This document shows, in pieces, positions 14,130-30,493 of a DNA stretch of 64,000 bases; the first letter of the stretch is position 1; the number at the start of each line of letters is the position of its first letter. The stretch comes from Eledone cirrhosa (lineage: Eukaryota). The stretch lies in NCBI GenBank assembly GCA_964016885.1, contig OZ024740.1, positions 141,608,001-141,672,000 on the forward strand, read 5' to 3'. The notes under the pieces were generated by a model. The model was not told where the DNA came from. It did no database searches and was given only the letters and a program-made list of their open reading frames with translations. The position numbers and the translations under genes are program-made.

Positions 14130-14437
14130 TTCTTCTTTTTGGTAAATATTATCTTGGTTAAGAGAGTGGGACTGGCTTTGTGCAGTGCCTTTGCTCACTA
14201 TAAAAGCTTCACGGCACAGGCATTGCTTTATATCTGGAGATCTCTCTGCACTTGTCGTCACATGGTACCATGGGCCCAGCACTATGTGTCAATAATTGTC
14301 ACAAGTGTAGTGTTTGTACCAGAGTTTTCATGTCGCTAGCTGGACTAAAAAGTCACACTCGTTCAGCGCATCGGTAGGGGTTCTCCTACATGGATATAAA
14401 GTAGTGACCGTACTCGAAAACGAGTTGGCAGCCACCA
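14130..14437 (+). mobile_element. LINE 3' end encoding a C-terminal C2H2-like knuckle
   Basis: [23 protein letters not shown] plus 3' UTR; second copy at 23618-23800 (-). Confidence 0.65.
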
Positions 14438-14520
14438 TATATACATATATGTGTGTTTGTGTGTGTATAGGTATATATGTGTGTGTGTGTCTGTGACCTG
14501 TGTATATAGGTCACAGACAC

Positions 14521-14574
<54 letters not shown>

Positions 14575-14628
14575 CACACACACATATATATGTATATACA
14601 CACACACACACATATATATATATATGAA

Positions 14629-14752
14629 GGCGCGTGGCTGAGTGGCTGAGTGGTTAGAGAATTGGATTCGCAATCGTGAGGTTGTGAGTTCGATTCCTGG
14701 ACCGGGTGATACGTTATGTCCTTGAGCAAGACACTTTATTTCACGTTGCTCC
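14629..14752 (+). mobile_element. tRNA-derived SINE (second family), 3' truncated
   Basis: A box TGGCTGAGTGG, B box GAGTTCGATTCC, then tgtccttgagcaagacactt. Confidence 0.8.
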
Positions 14753-15225
14753 CTCTACCTGGAGTTGCGACCGATAGATAGTATTATCAATTGGAAAGAC
14801 CAATGGAAACATTGTTTCCTCGGTCCGATTTGGCGAATGTCGATCGTTCCTGTATATATATATATATCAGTATATGCAGAAAAACGTCTACACTAATTTA
14901 TGTTCATGCATCATTTACTATTGAGTGTTTAAATACTTGTGTATACGTATGTATGTGTCATTGTCCCTATATTTATTTTACCATTATTTTATTACCCTTA
15001 TGGTTTACCTTTTAAATGTCATTTACTATCTGTTTTTCTTATTTTCTCTATTTTCTTTTCTCTATTTTTCTTTATTCTTCTGGAGTATAATATCAATGAT
15101 ATAAATGGAAACTATCTTTATATAAAACCATATTCATTTTATTATATATGTTTCAAGAGTACCAAAATTTTGACTATTCAAACAGAACTCAAAACGTTAA
15201 GTCACTATCTGTAAAACAATTTTTG

Positions 15226-15286
15226 TATTTTATCTGATGAGGGCGTACCAAAATTTTGGTACCCCTGAAATATATATAATAAAATA
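15226..15286 (+). ncRNA. Minimal type I hammerhead ribozyme
   Basis: Stem I uauuuuau/auaaaaua (8 bp), CUGAUGA, long stem II gggcguaccaa/uugguaccccu, GAAA, palindromic AUAUAUAU, AUA site; nested in inverted repeat ~15089-15134 / 15287-15333. Confidence 0.85.
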
Positions 15287-15327
15287 AATATGGTTTTATA
15301 AAGATAGTTTCCATTTATTAATATCAT

Positions 15328-15379
<52 letters not shown>

Positions 15380-15691
15380 TTCTTTGTTTGTATGTTGGTG
15401 TGTGTGTACGTGTGTGCGTATATGTGTGGCTGAAACCGGTTAAAACAATTTTAAAGAGATATATATCACACGCCGTTCGCTAACCTTAAAGTTGTTCGAT
15501 AATTGTCGAGCTCACAACATGGACATCTCAGATGGACGATAGAATATTGTAAATTGCTTAAACATTTGACTAAAGTACACATGCTTCAGACAACAAGCTT
15601 TGGATAAAGCTCCCAATCAACGATCGCATTCAGAACCATCTTCTCATCATTGTTGAACACATTTAACATGCACACGCACACACATACACAG

Positions 15692-15734
<43 letters not shown>

Positions 15735-15739
15735 GAGAG

Positions 15740-15793
<54 letters not shown>

Positions 15794-16054
15794 GGAGAGA
15801 GAGAGAGAGAGGGAGAGAGAGAGAGTGAGGGAGAGAGAGAGAGAGAACCATATACACATACATATCTATATATATACATATATATATATTTATATACACA
15901 TATTTGGAAGGATACACATGACGTTGTGTGCTTGACTCTAATTACATCACCATCAACTGATTGGAGAGTTGCATATACAACCCTGGAGTTCTGTGTCTTT
16001 CCTTTGTATTTTTATTTTTTGCCTTGTTTTCGTTCTTTGTCTTTATATACATAA

Positions 16055-16372
<318 letters not shown>

Positions 16373-16404
16373 TGTATATATATATATATACTGTATATAT
16401 ATAT

Positions 16405-16481
<77 letters not shown>

Positions 16482-16544
16482 TATATATATATATATATTA
16501 ATATATATATATATATATATATACAGTATATATATATATATACA

Positions 16545-16634
<90 letters not shown>

Positions 16635-16660
16635 GGTAGACAGAAATAACAACACAATCG

Positions 16661-17600
<940 letters not shown>

Positions 17601-17604
17601 ACCA

Positions 17605-19390
17605 GTGAACGATATGTGGGTATGACGCAAGACAAATTCAAAACGCGTTATTACTCACATGTCGCATCCTTTCGACGCCCAGAAAAAAGATTTACAACAG
17701 CTCTGGCTAGCAGAATATGGGATTTGAAAGACCAAGGTATCCAATATAAATTGGATTGGTCAATTTTGAACCAATCTAAAGAATATGCACGCTCTGCATA
17801 AATGAAAAATATTGGATTTTGCAAAACCTTAAATCACCAAAGACCTGCCTAAACACAAAGACAGAAATTTTCACCAGTTGCCCACACATGAAATCACACC
17901 TGCTTTCCAGCTCATATAAACTTAACACACTTTCAGATGCTTATCCTCCATAAGCTCTTATTCTTCACTCAAATTATTCTCTTTAAGACTACCTTTTCTG
18001 ATTTTTAACCTTATTATTAATATTTAACCTTATTATTAACCTTATTATTAATTTTATTTTTATTTTTATTTTTATTTTTATTTTTATTTTTATTTTTATT
18101 TTTATTTTTATTTTTATTTTTATTTTTACTTCACATCCACCACTAACCCCCCCCCCACTTTACTCTCCGATTCACTTACCTAATATCTTCACTTTCCACC
18201 TTTTACTTCCCTATTTTCTTCACTACCTGATTACACAAGTCACTTGCGTTTTCCACTCCAGATATTTTCTGTTATTTAGCAGCCAGTTTTATATTCTTAT
18301 ATTTGCACTCACTCATTCACAAGGCTGTTTTTACACCCTGTATCTATGTGTCTGAGCGTCTTTACGTGTGTATACTTTCTGTATATTTACACGAACGCCT
18401 CCGTATGTACGCGCGCGTGCGTGTATATATATATATATATGTGTGTTTGTATGTGTGTTTTTATATCTATGTCATTACATCTATGTTTTTGTACATTCTT
18501 ATTTTTATGTGTGTGCATGTTAGCGGGTCAACGTGCGTGAGTGTATGTATGTGTGTGTGTGTGAGTGTGTACGTACTGCATATATGGATGTGTATGTGTG
18601 CGTATGTATATATATATATGTATATATGTATTTATGTGTGTGTATGTGTTGTGTGTGTATACAGTCGCGTACGTATGCGTATTAGATATACACGGGGCGA
18701 TGTATATGTATATATATATATGTGCATCCTATGTGTGTATGTACGCTTGCATACGCTTTTGTCTGCACCTTTTGCGTGTGTATATATATATATTTTTTTT
18801 ATAGATATATGTTTCTTTTAGATATATGTGTGTATGTACGCGTGTACCTTGTTTGTTTTCTTTTCTTTACTTTGCAAATTTATTGTTCCATTTTTATAAT
18901 TATATCGAGAAGATACTTTCTTTTTACTATTACATTTCCTTACCTCTTTTTCTTCCGCATATAAGTGTACGCGCGTGCGTGTGTGTTTATACGCGTGCCT
19001 TCATATTCTTATAATGTATCTAATACCCTGTTTTCTCTGTATACCTGTCAAACAGACACTCATATCATGTGTGTGTCCATCGTTACATATACACAAATAT
19101 TCTCGCCCTCATACATATATTTACGCACACTTTTTCACTATGCACACGCATTTGTACATATGTACATATGTATATCTGTGAGTGTATATACATACATATA
19201 CACACACCTAAATATATTTCTTATAATATTTTTTTATATATTTTATATTTTATATGTCTATTGTATTACCTTCATCTATATATATATAATTTTTCTTGCA
19301 TTTCTTGAGGAGACTTTCAAAATATTTATCTATGTTTTATATTACCTCGTCCGACGAACGAATGAAGACGTCTCTTTCGTATTCGTCTTA
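17605..19390 (+). mobile_element. Hydra-like PLE 3' fragment (GIY-YIG remnant 17610-17930 plus microsatellite-like 3' UTR)
   Basis: YVGMTQDKFKTRYYSHVASFR..TALASRIWDLKD..YKLDWSIL..CLNTKTEIFTSCPH; the 3' boundary is approximate. Confidence 0.75.
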
Positions 19391-19413
19391 TTCGGGAATG
19401 CTCAGATACTTAC

Positions 19414-19500
19414 ATGTTCTTTTCACGAGGAAGCTGTTCCGTTGTTTGAAAACAACCTGGGCACTCACTGCTGGAACCGATGTAATGTAAACACATATAA
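19414..19500 (-). CDS. Putative 87-nt internal coding exon (xICVYITSVPAVSAQVVFKQRNSFLVKRTx)
   Basis: tgcag acceptor, perfect GTAAGT donor, length divisible by 3, unique sequence, signal-peptide-end-like translation. Confidence 0.4.
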
Positions 19501-19864
19501 CTGCATTAATCAATGAATTCAAAAGGTTTGACACCCTAAATAATTAAAAGATTATGGTATCTTCCATATAAAAAAGTTTGCAAAGAATGATTTGAATAAA
19601 ATAGTACGTAGCTTCCAATGATGTCCTGAACGTATCCTTTTCCTTTTAAAACGGTTGGATGTGATTGGTGAAGGTTCTGGGGGAATTTGGCTGCTATTTT
19701 CAGCTTGCCGAGTAAATGATCTCATATTGGTTCCCTAATCAATCTGGAACGGGCACTGCACATGACCATCGCGGCGAGAATAGAAATGCAACGAAAATGA
19801 TTGAAGGTTGCAGCCCTCCACATTTTGTTTTTTCTCTCTCAGCTTCCTTTCACTGTCACACACA

Positions 19865-19923
<59 letters not shown>

Positions 19924-20577
19924 ACTACGTTTCTCTATACCTCTGACCCTCTCTTATGCCCATGTCTCCCTCTATGTCTTTGTCCATATGTCTCTATCTC
20001 TTTATCTCTCTCCCTTTATATGTCTTTCTCTTTCACTGCATTTATCTAGGTTTCTGTCCCTATTTCTGCCACTCTCCCTGTTTCAATTTCTCAATCTTTC
20101 AATCTCACAATCTCTGTTTCTATAGCTCTCTATCACACATTCACTCTCTATCTCTACATACCTGTGTGTATGTCTCTGTCGCCCTCTCTCTATTTCTAAA
20201 TCTATCTATATCTCTTCCTCGGCCTTTCTCTCCCTCACTCTCCCTCTCCGTCACTCTCTTTCTTCGGATTCAATGCATGTTCATATTTGGGCATCCGAAG
20301 TAAGTGTTACCATGGAAAGGTGATTCTAGATTGCCTTGTTGGTGGTGTCGCTGGCTACTGGCTTAAACACATATACAGATACACACACACACGTACGCAC
20401 ACACACACACGTACGCACACACACATCATACACACACACACACACACATGTATTGACTAGATACACTCGGATATCTATGTATGGATGGACGGGGTGTAAT
20501 ATATACACATATGGACACACTGATGTCATTATTCATATACATCTCTCTCTCTATATATATATACACGACCCCTCCCC

Positions 20578-20623
<46 letters not shown>

Positions 20624-21205
20624 GATAGTTACAGGCAGAGAAAAAGAAAGGAGAAAAGCGAAAGTGTTTAAAAGAAAACACATGCATAACCACACATACA
20701 CGCACGTGTAAACTCAGACACAGCCATACACGTACACACAAGTACACATATGCAAACACAAATGCGAACACATACGCAGCCTCACATATAGACATGTACA
20801 CACTTAACCATACACGGCTGTACGCTACATCGCATGAAAAACATGGCTGTAGATACATTTACACACACATATATACAGAGAAAAATACATATACCATAAA
20901 CACATATATATACATACACATTTACATATACACACACAATCATACATACACATTTACATATAAACATATACATAATACTAAAATATCTAAATATGCATAT
21001 ATATATATATATATATGCGTGTATAGATTCATACACGCATATATATATACTCACATGTACACAGAAATTGGCACACAATCATATGTGCATCCATACATAG
21101 GTGGATACTAACACATTATAATATACACATGTATACAAGCTTACATACATGTATTCTATTCACAAAGTAATGCATGTCTACTCTAATATAGATATAGAAT
21201 CACGT

Positions 21206-21279
<74 letters not shown>

Positions 21280-21282
<3 letters not shown>

Positions 21283-21472
21283 AAAAAGTATGACCCCGAC
21301 GGCAGAGCTCAAGCCGTTTCAACGGCTATTTCTAGTTCAGAAATAGCCGTCGAAATGGCTTGAGCTCTGCCGTCGGGGGTCATAGTTTTTCTTATTTCCC
21401 ACTCTACTACCCTAAGTATTGAGTACTCTGGTGCGTTATGGTCCATCTGGTTCCTTACCACAATTCATTTGT

Positions 21473-21507
<35 letters not shown>

Positions 21508-21694
21508 GATATATATATATAAAACAAAGAACAAAGAGGGTGTGGTAAGATACCAGGTGGACCATAACGCACCAGAGTACTCAATACTTCGGTTAATAGG
21601 AAAAGAGACGGCACTCCGACGGCTGAGCTCCGGCCATTTCGACAGCTAATCGAAACGGCCGGAGCTCAGCCGTCGGGGTCCTGACTCTTTTCCT
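21280..21694. mobile_element. Two family A fold-back elements in opposite orientation (21280-21473, 21522-21694)
   Basis: Homology to 1624-1820; (TA)n flanks; further fragment at 23349-23394. Confidence 0.85.
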
Positions 21695-21748
21695 ATATAT
21701 ATATCCATTGGTTTTTTTCCATTGTCTTTGTCTTATGCGATCCCTATT

Positions 21749-21801
<53 letters not shown>

Positions 21802-21897
21802 TATATGTATGTATGAATATATATATATTTATAAATATGCATACACGTACATATACATATATACAGGCACGTACATCATATAGAGACATACACACAT

Positions 21898-21989
<92 letters not shown>

Positions 21990-23399
21990 ACTTACATAGA
22001 TACATACAGAATCACATACATACAAAATACATACATACATACATACATACATACTTTGAGATAGAAATCCACTGAAAATAACCTCTATATACATCCAATG
22101 TTTATATACCGCGAGGCTATGAAATACTTGTGTTCATCATACATTATTATCTGAACTATTTGTCCAAGTTTTCTTCAGTTTTTTCCCCATTTTCGACTTT
22201 TTTCCTGTTGTTTTTTTAATAATCCTCAAACTAGTCAAAATGGCGACACTTTGGTACAGAAAATCTAAGAACGCCACGAGCTGCATCTCTAAATCCTTCT
22301 CCCCTCTCTGTAATATCACAATCTTTCTTCTCTTCTCTTCACCCTCTTTTTAATATCACTCCCCTTCTTTCGCACTCTTTCCCTCCCTCTTTAATATCAC
22401 TATTTATCTCCCGTGCTCTTTATTTTTCTCCATCTTTCTCTATATTTCTTTTTCTCTATCTCTCACTTTCTGCTTCTCAACATCTTTTTTTCTCTTCCTC
22501 TAATTTTCTCTTTCCCATTCTGTATCTTTATCTTTATATTAATCTCATGTATGTATGTATGTATGTATGTATGTATGTATGTATGTATGTATGTATGTAT
22601 ATATATATAAATGTATATATATATATATACATACATACATATATATATATACGTACACACACATATATGTATATACATACACACATATATATATATACAC
22701 ACATATACATAGATATATATATGTGTGTATGTATATTAGCATATATACATGCACATGTATATACACTTCTATATACATATGAATATATATACTTACATAC
22801 ATTCATAGATACATTTACTCAGACACGCCCACACACACACACGTGTTTTCATATACATATGCTGTCAATAACAGCTCGCTTCTTTAGTTTAGCCCGAAGG
22901 TGAAAAGTATTTGTTTGTGGAAATGCCTCCAGTTGAACCGTAGATTGAGAAGTAGTCAAACTGTGATTATGTTCAGGTTAAGAGACCAGACATTAGTCAT
23001 AGAAAATGTGGAGAAAAGATTGAAAGGAATGAGGGATAGTGATGAAAGGAGAGTATATGAGTGAAAGAAACCCAGAATGAATTAATGCAAGAGAGAAAGA
23101 GAGAATGAAAAGGAAAGCTGGGAATGAAGGTATGGCCGAGATTGAGCGAGAAATAGAAGAATTACATTTCTCCACTTCTTCCTCATTCTCCTACTTCATC
23201 ACCACCATCTCCTCCTACTTTCGCTCCATCTGCCCACCTCTCTTTCACACATTGCTTCCCGCTCCTATTTCTGAATTTTTTTCCAAAGATAATTCTTTTT
23301 ATTTTTTTGAAAATATATTTACATATGTGTGACAATATATATATATATGTCGAAACGGCTGGAGCTCAGTCATCGGGTCCTGACTCTTTTCCCTATATG

Positions 23400-23467
<68 letters not shown>

Positions 23468-23477
23468 TTCCCTATAT

Positions 23478-23514
<37 letters not shown>

Positions 23515-23533
23515 CATATATTCCCTATATGCG

Positions 23534-23584
<51 letters not shown>

Positions 23585-23617
23585 GCACACACACATATAT
23601 ATATACATATATATATA

Positions 23618-23798
23618 TGGTGGCTGCCAACTCGTTTTCGAGTACGGCCACTACTTTATATCCATGTAGGAGAACTCCTACCGATGCGCTGAACGAGTGT
23701 GACTTTTTAGTCCAGCCAGCGACTTGAAAACTCTGGTACAAACACTACACCTGTGACAATTATTGACACAGTGCTGGGCCCATGGTACCATGTGACGA

Positions 23799-23800
<2 letters not shown>
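23618..23800 (-). mobile_element. LINE 3' end, copy of 14255-14437
   Basis: Reverse-complement homology. Confidence 0.7.
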
Positions 23801-23890
<90 letters not shown>

Positions 23891-24487
23891 AATGGCTTCT
23901 ACAAGACTAGAACTGTTTTACGCCTCAGTGTCCTTCTTTGGCTGCATGTTGGATTCCAGACACTATTCTCTTCTGCTTTACCATTTCTCTCCTTTCTATA
24001 TTTTTCTCCTTTGGCTAAGCCCTTGTGCACTCTATATTTGTGTAATTTTCATAAAGGCATTAATTGTTTCTACCTGTTTTATGATGTCCCAATCAGCACT
24101 GAAATGAATGGTAGCGACCAAAAATTCCAAAACTAGTGATTTCAAAGGGATTGACTGAGGGGATGGGACTGTCCGTCTTTCCGCTGTTTTTTTCCATTGT
24201 CTTTGTCCTATGCACTGAAATTTTTCATTCATATATATATTTTTTTCATTTTTCATTCATATTTATTTTTCATTTTTCATTCATATATATTTTTATATGT
24301 CTGACCCGAATTTTCTTGGTCGTGTTTTCGGCTGTGCGAATGATTGTTTAAGCATCGTCTCAGTGTGTTGGTATTAAACGTTAGTTATAGCTCTGGTTTA
24401 TCCAAACTATTGAGCACTTTGCCACACATTTCGAAGATTGTGTTTCGTTATTTCGTGGGCCGAAGTTCCGATTCTCGATAATTTATT

Positions 24488-24526
<39 letters not shown>

Positions 24527-24532
<6 letters not shown>

Positions 24533-24912
24533 ATAGTTTGGGAGGGTCATGTTGCCAATAAGAAACACACGCACCAGTTGCGTTCACTTCAATTTATTAT
24601 AATAAATTTATAAATTTAGGAATTTATAAATTTCCGGTTGGTTGGTTGGTTCCACAACCAGATGGTTGTTTATATAGTGTCAAAGTTCTTTCGTCACACA
24701 TTCTGTGACCTCTCCAGTGACTGGGGATTCTTTTCTTTGTTTTTGTGCCTCTCCTTTGTTTTGTCCTACGCCATCTTGTTTCTGTGTGTGAGCACACACA
24801 CAGAAACAAGATGGCGTAGGACAGAACAAAGGAGAGGCACAAAAACAAAGAAAAGAATCCCCAACACACGTTTTCAGATAAAGAATCTTGCTAAACAAAT
24901 TCAGAAACGAAA
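24527..24912 (-). mobile_element. Solo rearranged pseudo-LTR of the 42.2-47.4 kb PLE family, with hairpin 24723-24862 and decayed HHR 24679-24721
   Basis: Homology to 42181-42258 + 43486-43640 and to 46980-47425. Confidence 0.75.
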
Positions 24913-25020
24913 TATATATATATATATATATATATATTTATGTATCTATACATATAAATATATACTTATACACATATACATAGAAGCATGCATTCATATA
25001 TTCATATGCACATACATTAT

Positions 25021-25200
25021 ATTGGCAGTATCGGTAGAGGGTCGGACGCCATGCTTTCCAGCATAGTTACGTCCCTTTACGATCTGAGTTCAAATCCCGC
25101 CGAGGTTGACTTTGCCTTTCATCCTTACGGGGTCGATAAAATAAAGTACCAGTAATGCACTGGGTAATTGCTGGCCTTGTGCCTAAAGTAGAAACAATTA
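25021..25200 (+). mobile_element. tRNA-derived SINE
   Basis: Near-identical to 3620-3797. Confidence 0.9.
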
Positions 25201-25305
25201 TATATGTATTTGCACGTGTATCTGTGTGTATATATATGTAAATATATATCTATATACATATATGGTTACCCCCTCCCCAAATATATATATTTGTGTGTGG
25301 GGTGA

Positions 25306-25353
<48 letters not shown>

Positions 25354-25449
25354 GAAGTAATTCCGTCGGAAAAGTCCAGGAAAAAAGAGTGCTCTATGTA
25401 AGCAACAGAGCTTAATTATTATTATGTAATAAACAACATAAGGCAATTA

Positions 25450-25509
25450 TTTCATTTACCAGTGGTTTCTTAAAAGCAAAAGGTTTTGCTTTCAATCCTC
25501 AGAATGAAA
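25450..25509 (-). ncRNA. Type I hammerhead ribozyme
   Basis: uuucauu/aaugaaa stem I, CUGAGGA, 11-bp stem II, GAAA, ACCACUGGU, GUA site; decayed homologue at 27401-27458. Confidence 0.85.
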
Positions 25510-25802
25510 AAAAACTGGTTTGTTTATTGAATTTGGATCTTAAAAACAAAAAAAGCAAGCTATATGAAAGTGAGGCTGGAGAAGGAAGAAGGAAAGGAAA
25601 AATAAAAATAAAATAAGACTACCCATACAACCACACATACACGAAAACACACACACACACACACACACAAACACAGATACACACACGCGCATACACACAC
25701 ACGTTATTCCGGGTTGAATCGGAGGCAGCCACAGTAAGCAAGGCACTCAGTACACCGCAGAGCATGAAGGTTATAATACAGATGAGAATCTGTGTATGTA
25801 TA

Positions 25803-25914
<112 letters not shown>

Positions 25915-26528
25915 TGTGTATGCGCGCACGCACGCACGCGTATACAAATATAAATATATTTCCCCCATACACATGTATGTGCGTGCATGCGCGCATACGC
26001 GCAGGGTATGTTCTGTTGAAAGTGTCTCGTGAATTTATGGCTACAGTTGTATAGATTATACTTAGAAATTGTCTACAGAATTCCCTAAACCTTCGTCAAT
26101 TTACTAGAACCTTTAAGAATTTAGCTTCTAAGGAATCTCCACTTCCTCCAAAACTATCTACCATGACTGACCCCATACTGATCTTACAGACACCTGTAAG
26201 CTAAAGAGAAAGCTAATGATAAGGATTGGCTCCAATCTGAATACAGAAATCTGTCTACCTTTGTTCCTCTAAGAACAAACATATACAAACATTCATACAC
26301 ACACACACACACACACAAACATATCTACACACACACACACGCATACATATATATATATATATATACACACACATACACACACACACACATGCATATATAC
26401 ACACACATACACACACACACACACATATACACACGCATATATATACACATATATATATATATACATGTATGCGCGTGTGTACACGCATACACATACGTAC
26501 ACATAGCCATACCCACACATATATATAT

Positions 26529-26583
<55 letters not shown>

Positions 26584-27102
26584 CATACATACATTCACAC
26601 AATCAAGCATATATACACACGTACATGCATACACATACATAAATGCACTCCTCTACATGTTCACACACGCAAATAAATATAAGAAAAAAAAAAAATATAT
26701 ATATTATAAAAATATTGAGACCGTTACATAAGGCAGCAAACTGGAGAGACAAGCGTGGTAAGAAACACACACAAAAGCACATATACATACGCACGAAATA
26801 GTCAACGCATTCACACACTCTCACACATAAAAAAAATTTCAAATACAAATACATAACCGCATACATACGCATACATGCGTAACCACGCACAAGTGTACAA
26901 TCTATACACACACACATGTGTATACAACTATATGCACACACACACATATATGCATACATAAACACACATATATATACATAAATACAAACGTACACACACA
27001 CATATATATACACGTACACATACACACACATATACATACATAGCTAAACAATTATACACATACAAATACGTATATATCATAAACACGCACAACAGAACAC
27101 AA

Positions 27103-27143
<41 letters not shown>

Positions 27144-27196
27144 CACATACAATTATCAATATATACACACGCACATATGTACACACACACATATAT

Positions 27197-27227
<31 letters not shown>

Positions 27228-27319
27228 CATATACATGCATATACACATATACACACATACACAACCACGCACACACACATGCATACGCATATACACACGT
27301 ATATGCGTGTGTGTATGTA

Positions 27320-27594
27320 AAACTCAATCTTAGATAAATCATAAGGACCTTACATATACGTATATATAGTAGTAAAGTATTAAAGCAACATAAGGCAATT
27401 ATTCCATTTATCAAGGGTTTCTTAAAAGCAAAAAAATTTTCCTACAATCTTCAGGATGAGAGAAACCTGGCTTATCCACACATACACATATACACACACA
27501 CACACACAAATACATACATATAGAAATACATACACACAGGCACACACACACATACGTATAAACATATATACATACACACATACACACACATATC

Positions 27595-27648
<54 letters not shown>

Positions 27649-28168
27649 TACACACAAATATACACACACATACACATAGGTATGTGGAGGGCAAGGCAAA
27701 AAGAAAATATGTGGGGGGTGGGGGTGGGGGGCGCATAGGAGAAGGCAAAATATAAGGGGAGGTAAGGGAGAAAAAAATATATAATAAATGTAAGTATACA
27801 AGAGTACAGAACGTAGAAACAGTAAAATAAAAACCGTAGCAGAAGTAAAGAGCGGGAGAGGAGTTCAAGGCGGTTGATTTCTCATAGGAGTGTCAATCCA
27901 GTTACAGATCAGGTGCGGTCTCAGATGAGGACAGCATCTGAAGATCTCAGTCTTTGAATTAAGGCAAGCGGAAGTGTCTCTCAAGTTTAGCAAAATCCTA
28001 TACTTTTCTGTGGTACACAAAGAACAATTCTTTGTGCCCCTTTGGTACTCCCTCGAATGGTCTAATATAGACCAATCAATAGAGTACGGGATGTTACTAT
28101 CCTTGAGTTCCCACACCTTACTTGCGAGGGCCGTTGATGTTCGTTTATCGGAGTGCTTAAAAGAAGCA
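27320..28168 (-). mobile_element. Hydra-like PLE 3' fragment (GIY-YIG C-terminus 27865-28168 plus 3' UTR)
   Basis: SFKHSDKRTSTALASKVWELKD..IDWSIL..CSLCTTEKYRIL..CLNSKTEIFRCCPH. Confidence 0.8.
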
Positions 28169-28508
28169 TATATATATATATATATATGAATATATGTACG
28201 GGTAAAATGTGTTTGAGTAGATAGGTGTACAAACAAAAATAAAACCAGTAAGATTGATTACGAAAGTATTTTTCTCAACATGGTCCTTGTATAGGTTACA
28301 GTCATAGTCGAAAAAGAGGGATCAAATTATAGTATCCAGGTGGAAGATCATGGGGTAATAATATTTTTAAATGTATAGGAAATACAAACACTAGGCGTGA
28401 AGTATAGAAAGTAAGTGAAGAATTGTATCAAATGCTTCACTTCTTTTCTATACTTCACGCCTAGTGTTTGTTTTCCCTATACATTAATATATATATATAT
28501 ATATATAC

Positions 28509-28688
28509 GTTATTCCGGGTTGAATCGGAGGTAACCACAGTAAGTAAGGTAGTCAATACATTGCAGAGTATAAAAGTTTTAATATAGATGAGATTCTACA
28601 GGACTAGAACTGTTTCATTCTTTAGAAATCATCAGGAATCTCATTCCTGATGATTTCTAAAGAATGAAACAGTTCTAGTCCTGTAGAA

Positions 28689-28694
<6 letters not shown>
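28509..28694 (-). mobile_element. Fold-back mini-element with two divergently oriented HHRs (28588-28644 minus; 28643-28689 plus)
   Basis: augagauuc-CUGAUGA-UUUCUAAAGAAU-GAAA-CAG(uucuaguc)CUG-UA-gaaucucau; tail homologous to 25703-25790; (TA)n flanks. Confidence 0.85.
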
Positions 28695-28743
<49 letters not shown>

Positions 28744-28780
28744 AAAGAATAGAGGCGTAATACACGAGTTGTGATATATT

Positions 28781-29360
28781 AGTAAAAGGAAAAGAAAATG
28801 CTGACAAATTTTCCCCAGTGAAAAATAGTTTAATTAGGAATAAGTAAAAATTAGTAATAAGTATTGGTTAGTATTCAGTTTTAGTTTTAAGTTTTTACCG
28901 GTTGCTCATTTCTAATGCTTTTCAAAAATAATTTTGAGATAGAACGCCCGTGATGTTTGCTCTAATCTGATCAGTTTGGGAAATTCTACCTGTTTTATGT
29001 GAAAAAAGTGGCTCCAGAGGTATTAAGATTTGGTTGGTTGTTGAATATCACGTGAATGAGTACTATAAGTTTCGCGCCAATTGGTGTTGCAAAAATTCTT
29101 GTAGTCAAAACAATTTTGATTAGACGGTAGAGGTCACGTGAATGTTAAAAATTGATTTTGCGCCAAATGTAGGTTTGTCGAAGAGTGTCCTTTTTTGCCT
29201 GATTGAGAAGTCACTGAAAAATAAGTCTTTTAAGACAAATATGTGTGTGTGTGTGTGTGTGAAGTAAAGAGGTTCATTGTTGTGATAATGGTCAGTAGGG
29301 ATGTGTGTGTGAATTGCAGTCATGTTGAAAGGTCAACAGTTCAGGTATCTATTAAGACAA

Positions 29361-29443
<83 letters not shown>

Positions 29444-29559
29444 TGTGTGTAGCAGAGTGGTTCGTGGTAGAGGGATTCGGTCAGTAGGAATGTGTCTGTA
29501 CGTGTGTGGGGGATATTTTAACATGTTGAAAGATTTTTCAGCTCTTGTTTTATACGGAG

Positions 29560-29598
<39 letters not shown>

Positions 29599-29626
29599 TG
29601 TTTGTATGTTAGTGTACGCGTGTGTA

Positions 29627-29697
<71 letters not shown>

Positions 29698-30231
29698 ATA
29701 GACCAGTATTTTTGTGATAATGGTAAAAATGGTGTACATTATTCGATATTTTCAGTAATTTGCAAACATACACACACATATTTGTTTTAAAAGACGTTTT
29801 TTTTCAGTGACTTCTCAATCAGGCGAAAAAGGACACTCTTCGACAAACCTACATTTGGCGCAAAATCAATTTTTAACATTCACGTGACCTCCACCGACCA
29901 ATCAAAATTGTTTAGACTACAATAATTTTTGCAACACGATTTGGCGCGAAACTTATAGTGCTCATTCACGTGACATTCAACAACCAACCAAATCTTAATA
30001 CCTCTGGAGCCACTTTTTTCACATAAAACAGGTAGAATTGATCAGATTAGAGCAAACATCACGGGCGCTCTATCTCAAAATTATTTTTGAAAAGCATTAG
30101 AAATGCGCAACTGCTAAAAACTTAAAACTAAAACTGAATACTAACCAATACTTATTACTAATTTTTACTTATTCCTAATTAAACTATTTTTCCCTGGGAA
30201 AAATTTGTCAGCATTTTCTTTTCCTTTTACT
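28781..30231. mobile_element. PLE-type terminus with ~460-bp inverted repeats (28781-29245 / 29765-30231); HHR-like motifs at 28893-28928 (-) and 30084-30119 (+)
   Basis: High-identity inverted arms; UUGAAAA-GCAU(uagaa)AUGC-GCAA-CCGG-UA consensus. Confidence 0.75.
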
Positions 30232-30304
<73 letters not shown>

Positions 30305-30306
<2 letters not shown>

Positions 30307-30493
30307 CGAAGGAAATGTGGTAAGGAACCAGGTGGACCATAACGCACCAAAGTACTCAATACTTAGGGTAGTAGAGTGGGTAATAGGAACAAGTAAGACC
30401 CCGACGGCTGAGCTCAAGCCGTTTCGACGGCGAATTCTGGCCAGAATTAGCCGTCGAAACGGCTTGAGCTCAGCCGTCGGGGTCTTACTTGTT

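Noticed and set aside
28373-28485. ~50-bp-arm hairpin as pre-miRNA (also 24723-24862, 61596-61653)
   Set aside because: Better explained as fold-back products within repeat DNA; no conservation or expression evidence
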